Source of the DNA: an uncultured bacterium | GTDB lineage: Bacteria > Omnitrophota > Omnitrophia > Omnitrophales > Aquincolibacteriaceae | Assembly (NCBI GenBank): GCA_964410905.1 | Contig: CAYPIR010000011.1 | Location: forward strand, 1,813 to 65,812 | Direction of reading: 5' to 3' | Length of the DNA: 64,000 nucleotides | Shown: in pieces, positions 9,971-18,976 of the stretch | How positions within the stretch are numbered: the stretch's first letter is position 1 | Layout: each line of letters begins with the position of its first letter | The notes under the pieces: model-generated | What the model was told of the DNA's origin: nothing | Seen by the model: the letters and a program-made list of their open reading frames with translations, nothing else | Databases searched by the model: none | Position numbers and translations under genes: made by a program

Positions 9971-11113
9971 ATGAAAAAATTTAATTTTTACAATCCCACA
10001 ACAATTCTTTTTGGGCGGGGCAAAATCGCGGAAATTTCATCAAGACTTCCCAAAGGCAAAACGGTTCTTTTTTTGTATGGCGGCGGTTCTATAAAAAAGA
10101 ATGGCATTTACGGGCAAGTTTGTCGCGCTTTGAAAGGCGTGAAGTTTGTTGAGTTTTCCGGCATTGAAGCCAACCCTCTCTATGAAACTTGTCTTAAGGC
10201 GGCGGCTTTGGCAAAAAAAAATAAAGTGGGATTTATCCTCGCGGTTGGCGGAGGCTCTGTTCTTGACGCGGCAAAATTTATTTCCGCGGCTGTTCTTTTT
10301 AAAGGCAAATCCGCTTGGGATATTTTGCGTCAAGGCGGAAGCAATGTGCGCGAAGCATTGCCAATAGGAACAGTTTTAACACTCCCCGCTACGGGTTCGG
10401 AAGCAAACGGCAATTCTGTTATTTCGCGAAAAGAAACACATGAAAAACTTCCGTTTTATTCCAAACTGGTTTATCCAAAATTTTCTGTTCTTGACCCTGA
10501 AGCAACATTTTCGCTTCCCCAAAATCAGCTCAGGAATGGAATTGTCGATTCATTTGTTCACGTAATGGAGCAGTACGCGACATATCCCGCCGAGGCTCCG
10601 CTGCAGGACAGGTTTTCTGAAGGTATTATCCAAACCTTGATAGAGGTCGCTCCTAAAATTCTTAAAAATCCTAAAGATTATAATTCGCAATCCTCATTTA
10701 TGTGGAGCGCGACGCTAGCGCTTAACACGCTTATCGCGTGCGGAGTTCCGCAAGACTGGTCGACTCATATGATCGGGCATGAGTTAACGGCGTTTTATGG
10801 GCTTGCCCACGCGGAGACTTTGGCGATTATTTTACCGGGTGTTTGGAAATACAAATTAAAATCCAAACGGGAAAAGCTGCGGCAATTTGGAAAGCGAATA
10901 TGGAATGTTAAAACTGCTGAACAGGCAATAGAGAAAACAGAAGCGTTTTTTCATTCTATTAAAATGCCCACAAGACTTAGCAATTACAAAATAGACGCGC
11001 GCGAGGCGTCAGAAAAAATCAGCAAGCGTTTTAAAGAGCGCGGAGCCGCGTTTGGTGAAAATGGCGATATTAAACCTGCCGATGTCGCGAAAATTATTCT
11101 TTCTAGGAAGTAA
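9971..11113 (+). CDS. Iron-containing alcohol dehydrogenase (YqhD/butanol-dehydrogenase-like)
   Basis: ATG at 9971 is 1 nt after the ahcY stop. The ORF track extends upstream to 9875, but that stretch overlaps ahcY in another frame. Fe-ADH motifs: GGGSVLDAAKFIS, and the metal-binding His in HMIGHELTAFYGLAHAETLAI. Confidence 0.8.
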   Translation: MKKFNFYNPTTILFGRGKIAEISSRLPKGKTVLFLYGGGSIKKNGIYGQVCRALKGVKFVEFSGIEANPLYETCLKAAALAKKNKVGFILAVGGGSVLDAAKFISAAVLFKGKSAWDILRQGGSNVREALPIGTVLTLPATGSEANGNSVISRKETHEKLPFYSKLVYPKFSVLDPEATFSLPQNQLRNGIVDSFVHVMEQYATYPAEAPLQDRFSEGIIQTLIEVAPKILKNPKDYNSQSSFMWSATLALNTLIACGVPQDWSTHMIGHELTAFYGLAHAETLAIILPGVWKYKLKSKREKLRQFGKRIWNVKTAEQAIEKTEAFFHSIKMPTRLSNYKIDAREASEKISKRFKERGAAFGENGDIKPADVAKIILSRK

Positions 11114-11170
11114 ATTTATAAGTCCCGCATTTAATGTCCGCAAGCATTTGCTGCAGAGAAAATCAAGCCA

Positions 11171-12976
11171 ATGACGGTTTTATTACAAGTAAACAATATT
11201 AGAAAAAGTTACGGAGCGAGGGCGCTTCTCGATAACGCCACGGCTACATTTGGCGATGACCAAAAAATAGGCGTAATTGGCAGAAACGGAGCGGGGAAGT
11301 CAACGCTTTGCAGAATCATCACGGGCCACGATACTGCTGACAGCGGGACTATTACAAGAAATTTCGCGCTGCGCTTAAGTTATTTGGAGCAGCACGACGC
11401 GTTTAAGCCGGGTGAAAATGTTTTGAGTTTTTTAAAGCGCGTAACGCGAGGAGAGCATTGGGAATGCGCTCAAATGGCGGCGCAATTCCAAATAAAAAAT
11501 GAAATGCTTGATGAGGCGGTCGGGAGTCTTGCCGGAGGGTATCAAACGCGCGTAAAACTTGCAGCGATGCTTTTAGGCGACCCTAACTTTTTAATACTGG
11601 ATGAACCTAGTAACTATCTTGACTTAAGTACTTTGATTTTGCTTGAAAATTTTCTTCTAAATTTCAAAGGCGGATACCTTGTAGTGTCGCACGATAGAGA
11701 GTTTTTGAAACGCACTTGCGATCATACGCTTGAGGTGGAGAACGGGCAGCTTGTGCTTTATCCGGGCGATGTAGAAGAATATTTTGGATTTAAAGAAGAA
11801 CAATTAAAACAAGCTGAAGCGTATAACAGAGGCGTTGATAAAAAACGCGAGCAGTTGCAGACATTTATTGATAAATTTAAAGCGAAAGCGACAACTGCGA
11901 CGCGGGCACAGTCAAAAATGAAGCAGCTTGCCAAACTAAAAACAATAGAAATCGCTCACCCCATGAACAATGTGAATATTCAAATTCCCACTGTTGAAAG
12001 AAAGACAGGAGTCGCGCTTTCATGTGAAGATTTAACAATAGGCTATCCTGAAAAAGATATCGCAAAAAAGATTCATCTGGAAATTGAACGCGGCAAACAC
12101 GTGGCGGTTCTTGGTAATAACGGCGAAGGTAAAACAACTTTTCTTAAAACTATTGTCGGAAATCTTGCGCCAAAGGCGGGCGGCTTCAAGTGGGGGACTG
12201 GGCTTAAGGTGGCGTATTACGCGCAGCACGTTTTTACAACGCTCTCGCCGGAGGACGATATTTTGACGCATCTCTCGCGCGAGCGGGCAGAAGGCGTAAG
12301 CCGACAAGATGTATTGGATATGGCGGGCTGTTTTCTTTTCAAAGGCGATGATGTTGAAAAAAAAATAAAAGTATTGAGCGGAGGAGAGCGAGCGAGGCTT
12401 GTCCTGGCGGGAATTTTGCTTTCAAAAAGTCATGTTCTTTTACTGGATGAACCTACAAACCATTTGGATTTTGAAACCGTTGAGTCTTTGGCTCGAGCGC
12501 TTAAAAATTTTAACGGCACAGTTATTTTTATTAGCCACGACAGAACGTTTGTAAATTTGCTCGCGACAAGCATAGTTGAGGTAAAGCGCGGCCGCATTAC
12601 GCATTATCCGGGCAGTTATGAAGATTATGTTTATCACTTAGAGCAGATTGCTCGCGGCGAGATAGAAGACGATACCAATAATGATTTGCCTGAACGAGAA
12701 AGCCTCAAAGAAAACGAGGCGGAAAAAGTAATCGAAGAACCAAAAAAAACGCCACTTTCTGAAATAAAAAAAATCCAGAAACAGATGGAAAAAAGCGAAG
12801 GGCGTATGAAACATTACATCGCTGAGCGCGACAGAATTTTAAAAGAAATGGCGGACAATCCGCTTCATTATTCAAAAGACCGAAACGCGAAATTGAAAGA
12901 CGCGCAAATCCAAATAGAAAACGCGGAAGAAGAGTGGCTTTCTCTTCAATCTAAATTAGAAAAATTACAAAAGTGA
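11171..12976 (+). CDS. ABC-F family ATPase (tandem ABC domains, no TM domain)
   Basis: Two Walker A motifs (GRNGAGKST, GNNGEGKTT), two signature motifs (LAGGYQTRV, LSGGERARL) and a C-terminal coiled-coil arm. No membrane domain. Confidence 0.8.
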   Translation: MTVLLQVNNIRKSYGARALLDNATATFGDDQKIGVIGRNGAGKSTLCRIITGHDTADSGTITRNFALRLSYLEQHDAFKPGENVLSFLKRVTRGEHWECAQMAAQFQIKNEMLDEAVGSLAGGYQTRVKLAAMLLGDPNFLILDEPSNYLDLSTLILLENFLLNFKGGYLVVSHDREFLKRTCDHTLEVENGQLVLYPGDVEEYFGFKEEQLKQAEAYNRGVDKKREQLQTFIDKFKAKATTATRAQSKMKQLAKLKTIEIAHPMNNVNIQIPTVERKTGVALSCEDLTIGYPEKDIAKKIHLEIERGKHVAVLGNNGEGKTTFLKTIVGNLAPKAGGFKWGTGLKVAYYAQHVFTTLSPEDDILTHLSRERAEGVSRQDVLDMAGCFLFKGDDVEKKIKVLSGGERARLVLAGILLSKSHVLLLDEPTNHLDFETVESLARALKNFNGTVIFISHDRTFVNLLATSIVEVKRGRITHYPGSYEDYVYHLEQIARGEIEDDTNNDLPERESLKENEAEKVIEEPKKTPLSEIKKIQKQMEKSEGRMKHYIAERDRILKEMADNPLHYSKDRNAKLKDAQIQIENAEEEWLSLQSKLEKLQK

Positions 12977-13971
12977 GACATTACAATTCCTTCAAAAGAA
13001 GCCAAAATTCCCGTGATGGCTCGCGAGGTTTTTACGGCAGGGCAAACGAACATTTTGAACCGCGTTATGAACCGCGTCAAACTTCGCGAGAAAATCCAGC
13101 GTTGAAAAAGTTTAAAGAAACTGTCGCGATTGATCCGAAACCTCGTATCCGTCTTGAAGATGGTTCAAATGAACTTAGTATGAGAGTTATGGATTTGATT
13201 GCTCCCATAGGACGCGGGCAGCGCGGGCTTATTGTCGCTCCGCCGGGTTCTGGGAAAACTACATTTCTAAAACAAATTTGCAATTCCGTGATTAAGAGCT
13301 CGCCGGATATTAAGGTTTACTGTCTCTTAATTGACGAGCGCCCCGAAGAAGTTACGGATTTTAGACGCGGCGTTCAAGCTGACGTTAGATGGTCGTCAAC
13401 TGATGAGACATATGGACATCACATTGAAACGGCTGATAAATTGATGAATGAAATTTATGAAGAAGTATTGATGGGCAAGCACATTATGCTTCTTGTGGAT
13501 TCTCTCACGCGTCTTTCAAGAGTTCATAACGCCGAGCGTTCTTCTGGCGGGCGAACGCTTTCCGGCGGTGTGGACGCGCGCGCGTTAGAAATTCCGCGCC
13601 GTATTTTTGGTTCCGCGCGGTGCGTGGAAAATGGAGGGTCGCTTACAATACTCGCGACGGTTTTGGTGGATACCGGGAGTAGAATGGATCAAATTATTTT
13701 TGAAGAGTTCAAGGGAACGGGGAATATGGAAATTTTTTTATCACGTGAAATTTCTAATCAGCGAATTTTCCCCGCCGTCGATATTTTAAAAAGCGGGACG
13801 CGCAAAGAAGAACTGTTGTTTACGGCGGAAGAGTTAGAGCCGATACGAAAAACAAGACGTGTGTTGGCGGGTATGAAACCTACGGAAGCGATAGCCGCGC
13901 TTTTGACGCAACTAAAAAAACATTCTACAAATCGCGAGTTTTTGCAAGCGATAGAAAAGATTGGCAAATGA
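12973..13971 (+). CDS. rho: Transcription termination factor Rho: ATPase/RecA-like core only, apparently lacking the N-terminal OB-fold RNA-binding domain
   Basis: GTG start overlaps the upstream stop (GTGA). The 332 aa align with the Rho core: [22 protein letters not shown] (P-loop), [60 protein letters not shown]. The N-terminus is instead an Arg-rich low-complexity segment. Confidence 0.8.
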   Translation: MRHYNSFKRSQNSRDGSRGFYGRANEHFEPRYEPRQTSRENPALKKFKETVAIDPKPRIRLEDGSNELSMRVMDLIAPIGRGQRGLIVAPPGSGKTTFLKQICNSVIKSSPDIKVYCLLIDERPEEVTDFRRGVQADVRWSSTDETYGHHIETADKLMNEIYEEVLMGKHIMLLVDSLTRLSRVHNAERSSGGRTLSGGVDARALEIPRRIFGSARCVENGGSLTILATVLVDTGSRMDQIIFEEFKGTGNMEIFLSREISNQRIFPAVDILKSGTRKEELLFTAEELEPIRKTRRVLAGMKPTEAIAALLTQLKKHSTNREFLQAIEKIGK

Positions 13972-14201
13972 AAACTAATTCAGACTTGGGCGTGCAGCCG
14001 CTAGACGCGCTAATGACAAACTTAGGTCTTACTAATCATAGCCTTGTCGAGGCTTCAACAGAACAGCTTTCGCATAAGGTTATTCATAAGGCGAGGATTG
14101 GGCGAAGACTTACACCGAGAATGAAGACCAAAGTTTTAAACGCTCTTCACCTGGCATGTCCTGAAAAAAGTTTTGCGCATAGAGACCTTTTTAACTATTG
14201 A
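13968..14201 (+). CDS. Hypothetical small protein (77 aa)
   Basis: ATG overlaps the rho stop (ATGA). No recognisable motif; coding status rests on ORF integrity and translational coupling only. Confidence 0.35.
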   Translation: MKTNSDLGVQPLDALMTNLGLTNHSLVEASTEQLSHKVIHKARIGRRLTPRMKTKVLNALHLACPEKSFAHRDLFNY

Positions 14202-14240
14202 TTTTATGACGTGACAAAACAGTAAAAAATTTCCCTAAAG

Positions 14241-14507
14241 GTGAGTTGGTTTTATCGTTATCGCCCTTTGCGGTATTTTGCCCTTGCGACCAATTCGCCG
14301 ATACATAATAGCGAATCCGCTTCGCAGTATTCGTCCACTACGTCATTTTGCACGAAACATAGTGGCATTGCAGAATCCATAGGCGATCAACGCTTGGAGC
14401 CTGCGACATTAAAAAACAACGAGCAGGATGACTTTAGAATTAAATCTGTCCATGAATTAGCTGACATCAACAAGGATGACGGAAACGAATGGCGAGCCAG
14501 AAAATAG
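14241..14507 (+). CDS. Hypothetical small ORF (88 aa); the intact member of a dispersed repeat family, carrying the conserved PATLKNN-QDD-KSV-EL peptide
   Basis: GTG/TTG start after AAAGG. The sequence from 14291 to 14440 is homologous at nucleotide and peptide level to blocks at 46995-47100, 51258-51445 and 21927-21959. Confidence 0.3.
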   Translation: MSWFYRYRPLRYFALATNSPIHNSESASQYSSTTSFCTKHSGIAESIGDQRLEPATLKNNEQDDFRIKSVHELADINKDDGNEWRARK

Positions 14508-14566
14508 CCGCACAACAAGTGCAAACGAGCCATCTCAAAAAATCTCTCTTTTTTCATTGGTTTTTA

Positions 14567-14595
14567 TTGAAGCAAAAAAAAATTTACTGTAATAT
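14567..14595 (+). promoter_or_regulatory. Candidate sigma-70-type promoter for the polyamine operon (TTGAAG, 17-nt spacer, TAATAT)
   Basis: TTGAAG at 14567-14572, 17-nt spacer, TAATAT at 14590-14595, about 65 nt upstream of the 14662 start in an AT-rich leader. Confidence 0.35.
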
Positions 14596-14661
14596 TCACG
14601 CTGTTTTGCTTTTGAAAATTTTTTAAAAACCACAAAAAAAAATTGGAGAGCTGAATATAAA

Positions 14662-16164
14662 ATGAGTGAATTCAAATATCCCAAAATCAAAGCCCAAGTT
14701 CCAAAAATTAAACAAAAATTCTCTGGGAAAATTCTCGTTATCGGCTGCGGCGGTGTGGCGCAATGCGTGGTTCCGCTTTTGCTAAGACATCTTAATACTC
14801 CCGCCTCAAAAATAACAATTATGGATTTTGTGGACAATAGATTTCGTGTCCAAGATTCGCTCAAAAAAGGCGTTCACTATGTTTTTGACCGTATCACAAA
14901 AGATAACTACAAAAAACTTCTCGTGAAATATGTCGGAGCCGGAGATTTAATTGTTGACCTTGCGTGGAACATTGAAGCGTGGGCGATTCTTGATTGGTGC
15001 CGCGAAAACGAAGTTCTTTATGCGAACACCTCCATTGAAGAATGGGATCCTTACCGCGATGATAAACGCACAGATCCGACTCTTTATACTCTTTATGCGC
15101 GACATATGAAACTTCGCGCCATTATGGCGAAACAATGGAAGGGCGTAAAAGGGACAACTGCGATAGTCGATCACGGCGCGAATCCCGGCCTTGTGTCTCA
15201 CTTTACAAAAAAAGCATTAATTGATATTGGACAAAAAGTTTTAAAAGAAAAAAAGAATGACGCGCGCCGAACAAAACTAGAACAATTTATCGCTGAAAAA
15301 AACTTCGCGAAACTCGCGCAAATTTTGGGCGTTAAAACTATTCACATAAGCGAGCGCGATACTCAGATTACGGACGCGCCTAAAAAGGTAAACGAGTTTG
15401 TTAACACTTGGTCGATAGAAGGTTTTTATGAAGAAGGCGTCGCGCCAGCCGAAATGGGTTGGGGAACTCATGAGAAAAAATTGCCCATCGGTGCTCACGA
15501 ATATAAAACAGGCCCTAAGAATCAAATTTGCTTAAATTCTCTTGGAATGAATACTTGGGTGAAGTCTTGGGTTCCGTGCGGCGAGATAAACGGAATGGTG
15601 ATTCGACACGGTGAGGCGTTCAGCATTTCTGATCGGCTGACAGTTTGGCAAAACGGAAAAGCGGTTTATCGTCCAACCGTCCATTATGCTTACTGCCCGT
15701 CTGACGCGGCGATTCTCTCTTTGCATGAACTTAAAATGCGCCAATACAAAATGCAGGATAACTTGCGGATTTTGTCTGACGATATTGTTGACGGACGCGA
15801 TGAATTGGGCGTTCTTTTGATGGGGCACGATTTTAAATCATGGTGGTGCGGCTCTTTGCTTGATATTCATACAACACGAAAACTTCTGCCGCATCAAGAA
15901 GCGACAACTCTTCAAGTCGCGGCGTCTGTCGTGGCGGCGGTCATATGGATGATACAAAATCCTAAAGAAGGGTTCTTGCTGCCTGACGATGTCGATCACG
16001 AATTCATTTTAAAATTTGCGACGCCTTATATTGCCCCTTTGGTTTCAATTCCATCGGATTGGACGCCGCTTAAAAATTTGAATCAAAAATATTTGAAGTT
16101 TGGCGCGCAAATGCCAAAAGAAAAAGATCTGTGGCAATTCACTACATTTTTAGTGGAGCGATGA
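14662..16164 (+). CDS. Homospermidine synthase-like (saccharopine dehydrogenase NAD(P)-binding family)
   Basis: N-terminal Rossmann motif ILVIGCGGVAQCVVPLLLRH resembles the Hss N-terminus, and the ~500-aa length fits. Lies adjacent to an ornithine decarboxylase gene. Confidence 0.6.
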   Translation: MSEFKYPKIKAQVPKIKQKFSGKILVIGCGGVAQCVVPLLLRHLNTPASKITIMDFVDNRFRVQDSLKKGVHYVFDRITKDNYKKLLVKYVGAGDLIVDLAWNIEAWAILDWCRENEVLYANTSIEEWDPYRDDKRTDPTLYTLYARHMKLRAIMAKQWKGVKGTTAIVDHGANPGLVSHFTKKALIDIGQKVLKEKKNDARRTKLEQFIAEKNFAKLAQILGVKTIHISERDTQITDAPKKVNEFVNTWSIEGFYEEGVAPAEMGWGTHEKKLPIGAHEYKTGPKNQICLNSLGMNTWVKSWVPCGEINGMVIRHGEAFSISDRLTVWQNGKAVYRPTVHYAYCPSDAAILSLHELKMRQYKMQDNLRILSDDIVDGRDELGVLLMGHDFKSWWCGSLLDIHTTRKLLPHQEATTLQVAASVVAAVIWMIQNPKEGFLLPDDVDHEFILKFATPYIAPLVSIPSDWTPLKNLNQKYLKFGAQMPKEKDLWQFTTFLVER

Positions 16165-16172
16165 TTTCTTAA

Positions 16173-17351
16173 ATGAATGAACCCGTCGTAAACGGCAACG
16201 TCTTCGTCTCTTCTTTAAAGCCCAAACTGTCCGACAGTTCCGGAGTGGAGCAGCTCATTCGCAGTATGCTTCAAAAGCATAAGACGCCGTTTATGCTTAT
16301 CCGTCGCAGCGTGCTCGAAAAACAGTTCACAAGATTTAAAAAAGCGTTTCCGAAAGTTACTCCTTATTATGCTATAAAGGCAAATCCTAATCCTAAAATC
16401 GTTAAAACATTTGCCGAGCTCGGCGCTAATTTTGATGTGGCGTCAGCCGCCGAAATGCGCGCGGTTCTTCGCCACAAAGTTTCGCCGAAACAGATTATTT
16501 TTGCCAACACTATTAAATCCGAAGAAGATTTGATTGCCGCCCGCAGACGCGGTGTTAGGCTTATGACATTTGATAATGAGGCCGAGCTTTATAAAATTGC
16601 GGAGAATTTTCCGCGAGCTCATGTCCTCTGCCGAATAAAAGTTGAAAATCGGGGAAGTGTTGTTCAGCTATCTTTGAAATTTGGCGCGGAAGTCGCGCAC
16701 GCGTTTCCGTTGCTTCGCAAAGCGAAATCTCTTGGGCTTGTTCCTAAAGGGATTAGTTTTCATGTGGGTTCGCAATCGACAAATGTGGAAAATTATTTGC
16801 AGGCGTTGGAGTTAACAGCAAATATCTTTAAAGAAGCAAAAGACAATGACATTCCTCTTAAAATAGTGGACATCGGAGGAGGTTTTCCGATACAACATTT
16901 TGAAAACGAAATAGGAATTAACTTTGAGCGGATGGCGGCGCAAATCCGCAAACAAATGCGCGAGTTGTTTCCTAAAACAACGGAATTTATTGCTGAACCG
17001 GGCAGGTTTTTTGCGGGTCCGGCGGGAGTTTTGGTTACACAAGTTATCGGAAAATCATTCCGCGACAACAAACACTTTTATTATCTCAATGACGGAGTGT
17101 ATCAAGATTTTTCAGGAATGATTTTTGACCATTGCAAATATGAATTTAAAACTCTAAGGCGCGGGCCGCGCGTTCAATGCGCTTTGGCGGGTCCCACCTG
17201 CGATTCCCTCGACATACTTTCCTCAAGTGAAGAACTTCCCGAGCTCTCCGCCGGCGATGTCGTCTACGCCAAAAACATCGGAGCATATTCAAGCGCTTCA
17301 GCCGTGTCGAATTTCAATGGCTTTGAACCCGCAAAAACCCTTTTGGTTTGA
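16173..17351 (+). CDS. Ornithine (or lysine/ornithine) decarboxylase, alanine-racemase-fold PLP enzyme
   Basis: PLP-Lys motif PYYAIKANPNP and glycine-rich DIGGGFP. 392 aa is typical of eukaryote-type ODC or the Orn/Lys/Arg decarboxylase family II. Confidence 0.8.
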   Translation: MNEPVVNGNVFVSSLKPKLSDSSGVEQLIRSMLQKHKTPFMLIRRSVLEKQFTRFKKAFPKVTPYYAIKANPNPKIVKTFAELGANFDVASAAEMRAVLRHKVSPKQIIFANTIKSEEDLIAARRRGVRLMTFDNEAELYKIAENFPRAHVLCRIKVENRGSVVQLSLKFGAEVAHAFPLLRKAKSLGLVPKGISFHVGSQSTNVENYLQALELTANIFKEAKDNDIPLKIVDIGGGFPIQHFENEIGINFERMAAQIRKQMRELFPKTTEFIAEPGRFFAGPAGVLVTQVIGKSFRDNKHFYYLNDGVYQDFSGMIFDHCKYEFKTLRRGPRVQCALAGPTCDSLDILSSSEELPELSAGDVVYAKNIGAYSSASAVSNFNGFEPAKTLLV

Positions 17352-17434
17352 TGCCGTTACTACTATAGCTATAAAAAACGCGCGCTATTCTAGCGAAATA
17401 GTTCTGAAAAGATTGCAAATATTTATGAACGAAT

Positions 17435-17734
17435 ATGAACATAAACCAGATTAAACAAACAAAGAAATGGGCGGAGCTTAGCGGCTTTCAAAAATCTGTT
17501 TATGAATATGTGGCTACGATCCCGCACGGCGGAACGAAAAGTTATAAAGAAGTCGCCGTGGCAATTGGACGGCCAAAAGCCGCGCGCGCGGTAGGCAATG
17601 CGCTTAATAAAAATCCATTCGCACCCGATGTGCCGTGCCACAGAATTATAAAGTCAGACGGCTCGGCGGGCGGTTTTGCTTTCGGAACGGCTAAAAAAGA
17701 AAAATTGCTGCTGGCCGAGAGGAAGAAAATCTAG
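17435..17734 (+). CDS. ogt: Methylated-DNA-protein-cysteine methyltransferase (Ogt/MGMT), C-terminal catalytic domain only
   Basis: 99 aa. Active-site PCHRII (Cys acceptor) and the GSAGG/FAFG motifs of the MGMT DNA-binding domain. Confidence 0.75.
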   Translation: MNINQIKQTKKWAELSGFQKSVYEYVATIPHGGTKSYKEVAVAIGRPKAARAVGNALNKNPFAPDVPCHRIIKSDGSAGGFAFGTAKKEKLLLAERKKI

Positions 17735-17783
17735 CAAAGCGACTCGGCTGAAAATATAAAATTCAATCGATAAAGTCCCAGCC

Positions 17784-18839
17784 TTACGCAAAACACTTTC
17801 CGTTTTTATCTCTCGGACAGGGTTTTGCCGTGCCGCATTGATAGCAAATTTCGTTGGGGATTTTTCCATCGGCAAAAAAAGCGCGTATATTTTCTAGCGT
17901 GGTATTCGCGATGTTGTGCAATGCTTCACGAGTAAAAAATCCTTGATGAGAAGTCACGATTACATTGTTGAATGACAAAAGCCGCGCCAGCGTATCGTCC
18001 GTTACAACGGTATTTGAAAAATTCTCAAAAAAATACTCGTCTTCTTCCTCGTAAACATCCAGCCCTGCGTAACCGACCTTTTCAGTTTTTAGACCCTCAA
18101 TCAGCGCGTGGGAATCAATGAGTTTTCCGCGCCCCGTATTAATAATCATTACACCACGCTTCATTTGCGAAATGGCTTTTTCGTCAATTAAATGCTGAGT
18201 CTCTTTTGTCAGCGGGCAGTGAAGCGAAATTATGTCGGCTTCTTTATATAAGGCTTCAAGCGATACATATTTGAAACCGGTTTTTTGGGCGAACACGTTG
18301 TCGGGAAAAAGGTCGTATGCCAAAACCTTCAACCCAAGACCGAGAAGAATATTGATTAGAACTTTTCCAATTTGTCCTGTGCCGATTACGCCGGCAGTTT
18401 TGCCGCAAAGGTCAAAACCCATCAACCCTTCCAGCGTAAAATTGTTATCGCGGGTTCTTAAGTACGCTTTATGAATCTTGCGATTTAAAGAGAGTATTAA
18501 CGCTAGCGCGTGTTCTGCCACAGCGTGAGGAGAATAAACAGGAACGCGAGCCACATGTATTTTGTCAAATGTCGCGCGCAAGTCGATGTTGTTGTAGCCC
18601 GCGCAGCGGAGGGCTATAAAACGAACTCCGCAATCTTTTAAAATTTGAGCGACTTCATCCGTTATCTTGTCGTTTACAAAAACACAGGCAACATCATGCC
18701 CTCGCGCGATCGGCGCGGTTTCTTTTGTAAGACGGGTGTGGAGGTAAGTGATTTGAAAATTAAAGCTTTTGTTTGCTTCGTTGAACGATTCTTCGTCGTA
18801 TGATTTGGTATCGAAAAACGCGACTTTAATTCGGTTCAT
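17784..18839 (-). CDS. ldhA: D-isomer-specific 2-hydroxyacid dehydrogenase (fermentative D-lactate dehydrogenase-like)
   Basis: 351 aa. NAD-binding GVIGTGQIGKVLINIL and catalytic Arg/Glu/His region (RGKLID..AL...L..EKV.YAGLDVYEEE..). C-terminal Cys-rich tail CYQCGTAKPCPRDKNGKCFA. Confidence 0.8.
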   Translation of the reverse strand: MNRIKVAFFDTKSYDEESFNEANKSFNFQITYLHTRLTKETAPIARGHDVACVFVNDKITDEVAQILKDCGVRFIALRCAGYNNIDLRATFDKIHVARVPVYSPHAVAEHALALILSLNRKIHKAYLRTRDNNFTLEGLMGFDLCGKTAGVIGTGQIGKVLINILLGLGLKVLAYDLFPDNVFAQKTGFKYVSLEALYKEADIISLHCPLTKETQHLIDEKAISQMKRGVMIINTGRGKLIDSHALIEGLKTEKVGYAGLDVYEEEDEYFFENFSNTVVTDDTLARLLSFNNVIVTSHQGFFTREALHNIANTTLENIRAFFADGKIPNEICYQCGTAKPCPRDKNGKCFA

Positions 18840-18931
18840 GGCGGCTCCTTTGTTGAAGATAAAAACAAGTATAAACCTGCGTTATGCGAATAATACCTTC
18901 TTATGTTTGAAAGACAATGTAAAAGGTTATG

Positions 18932-18940
18932 TGCTATAAT
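18932..18940 (+). promoter_or_regulatory. Extended -10 promoter element (TGCTATAAT) for dapF-dapA-dapB
   Basis: Perfect TGnTATAAT match about 37 nt upstream of the dapF ATG, in the divergent ldhA/dapF intergenic region. Confidence 0.4.
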
Positions 18941-18976
18941 TCTTGTCCGTTTTAATTGCTTTTTAAGGACTATGAA

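Noticed and set aside
14360-14385. Sigma-54 promoter inside the repeat block (TGGCATTGCAGAATCC)
   Set aside because: TGGCA is present but the TTGC lies only 1 nt downstream instead of the required ~6, so the spacing is wrong for -24/-12 recognition.
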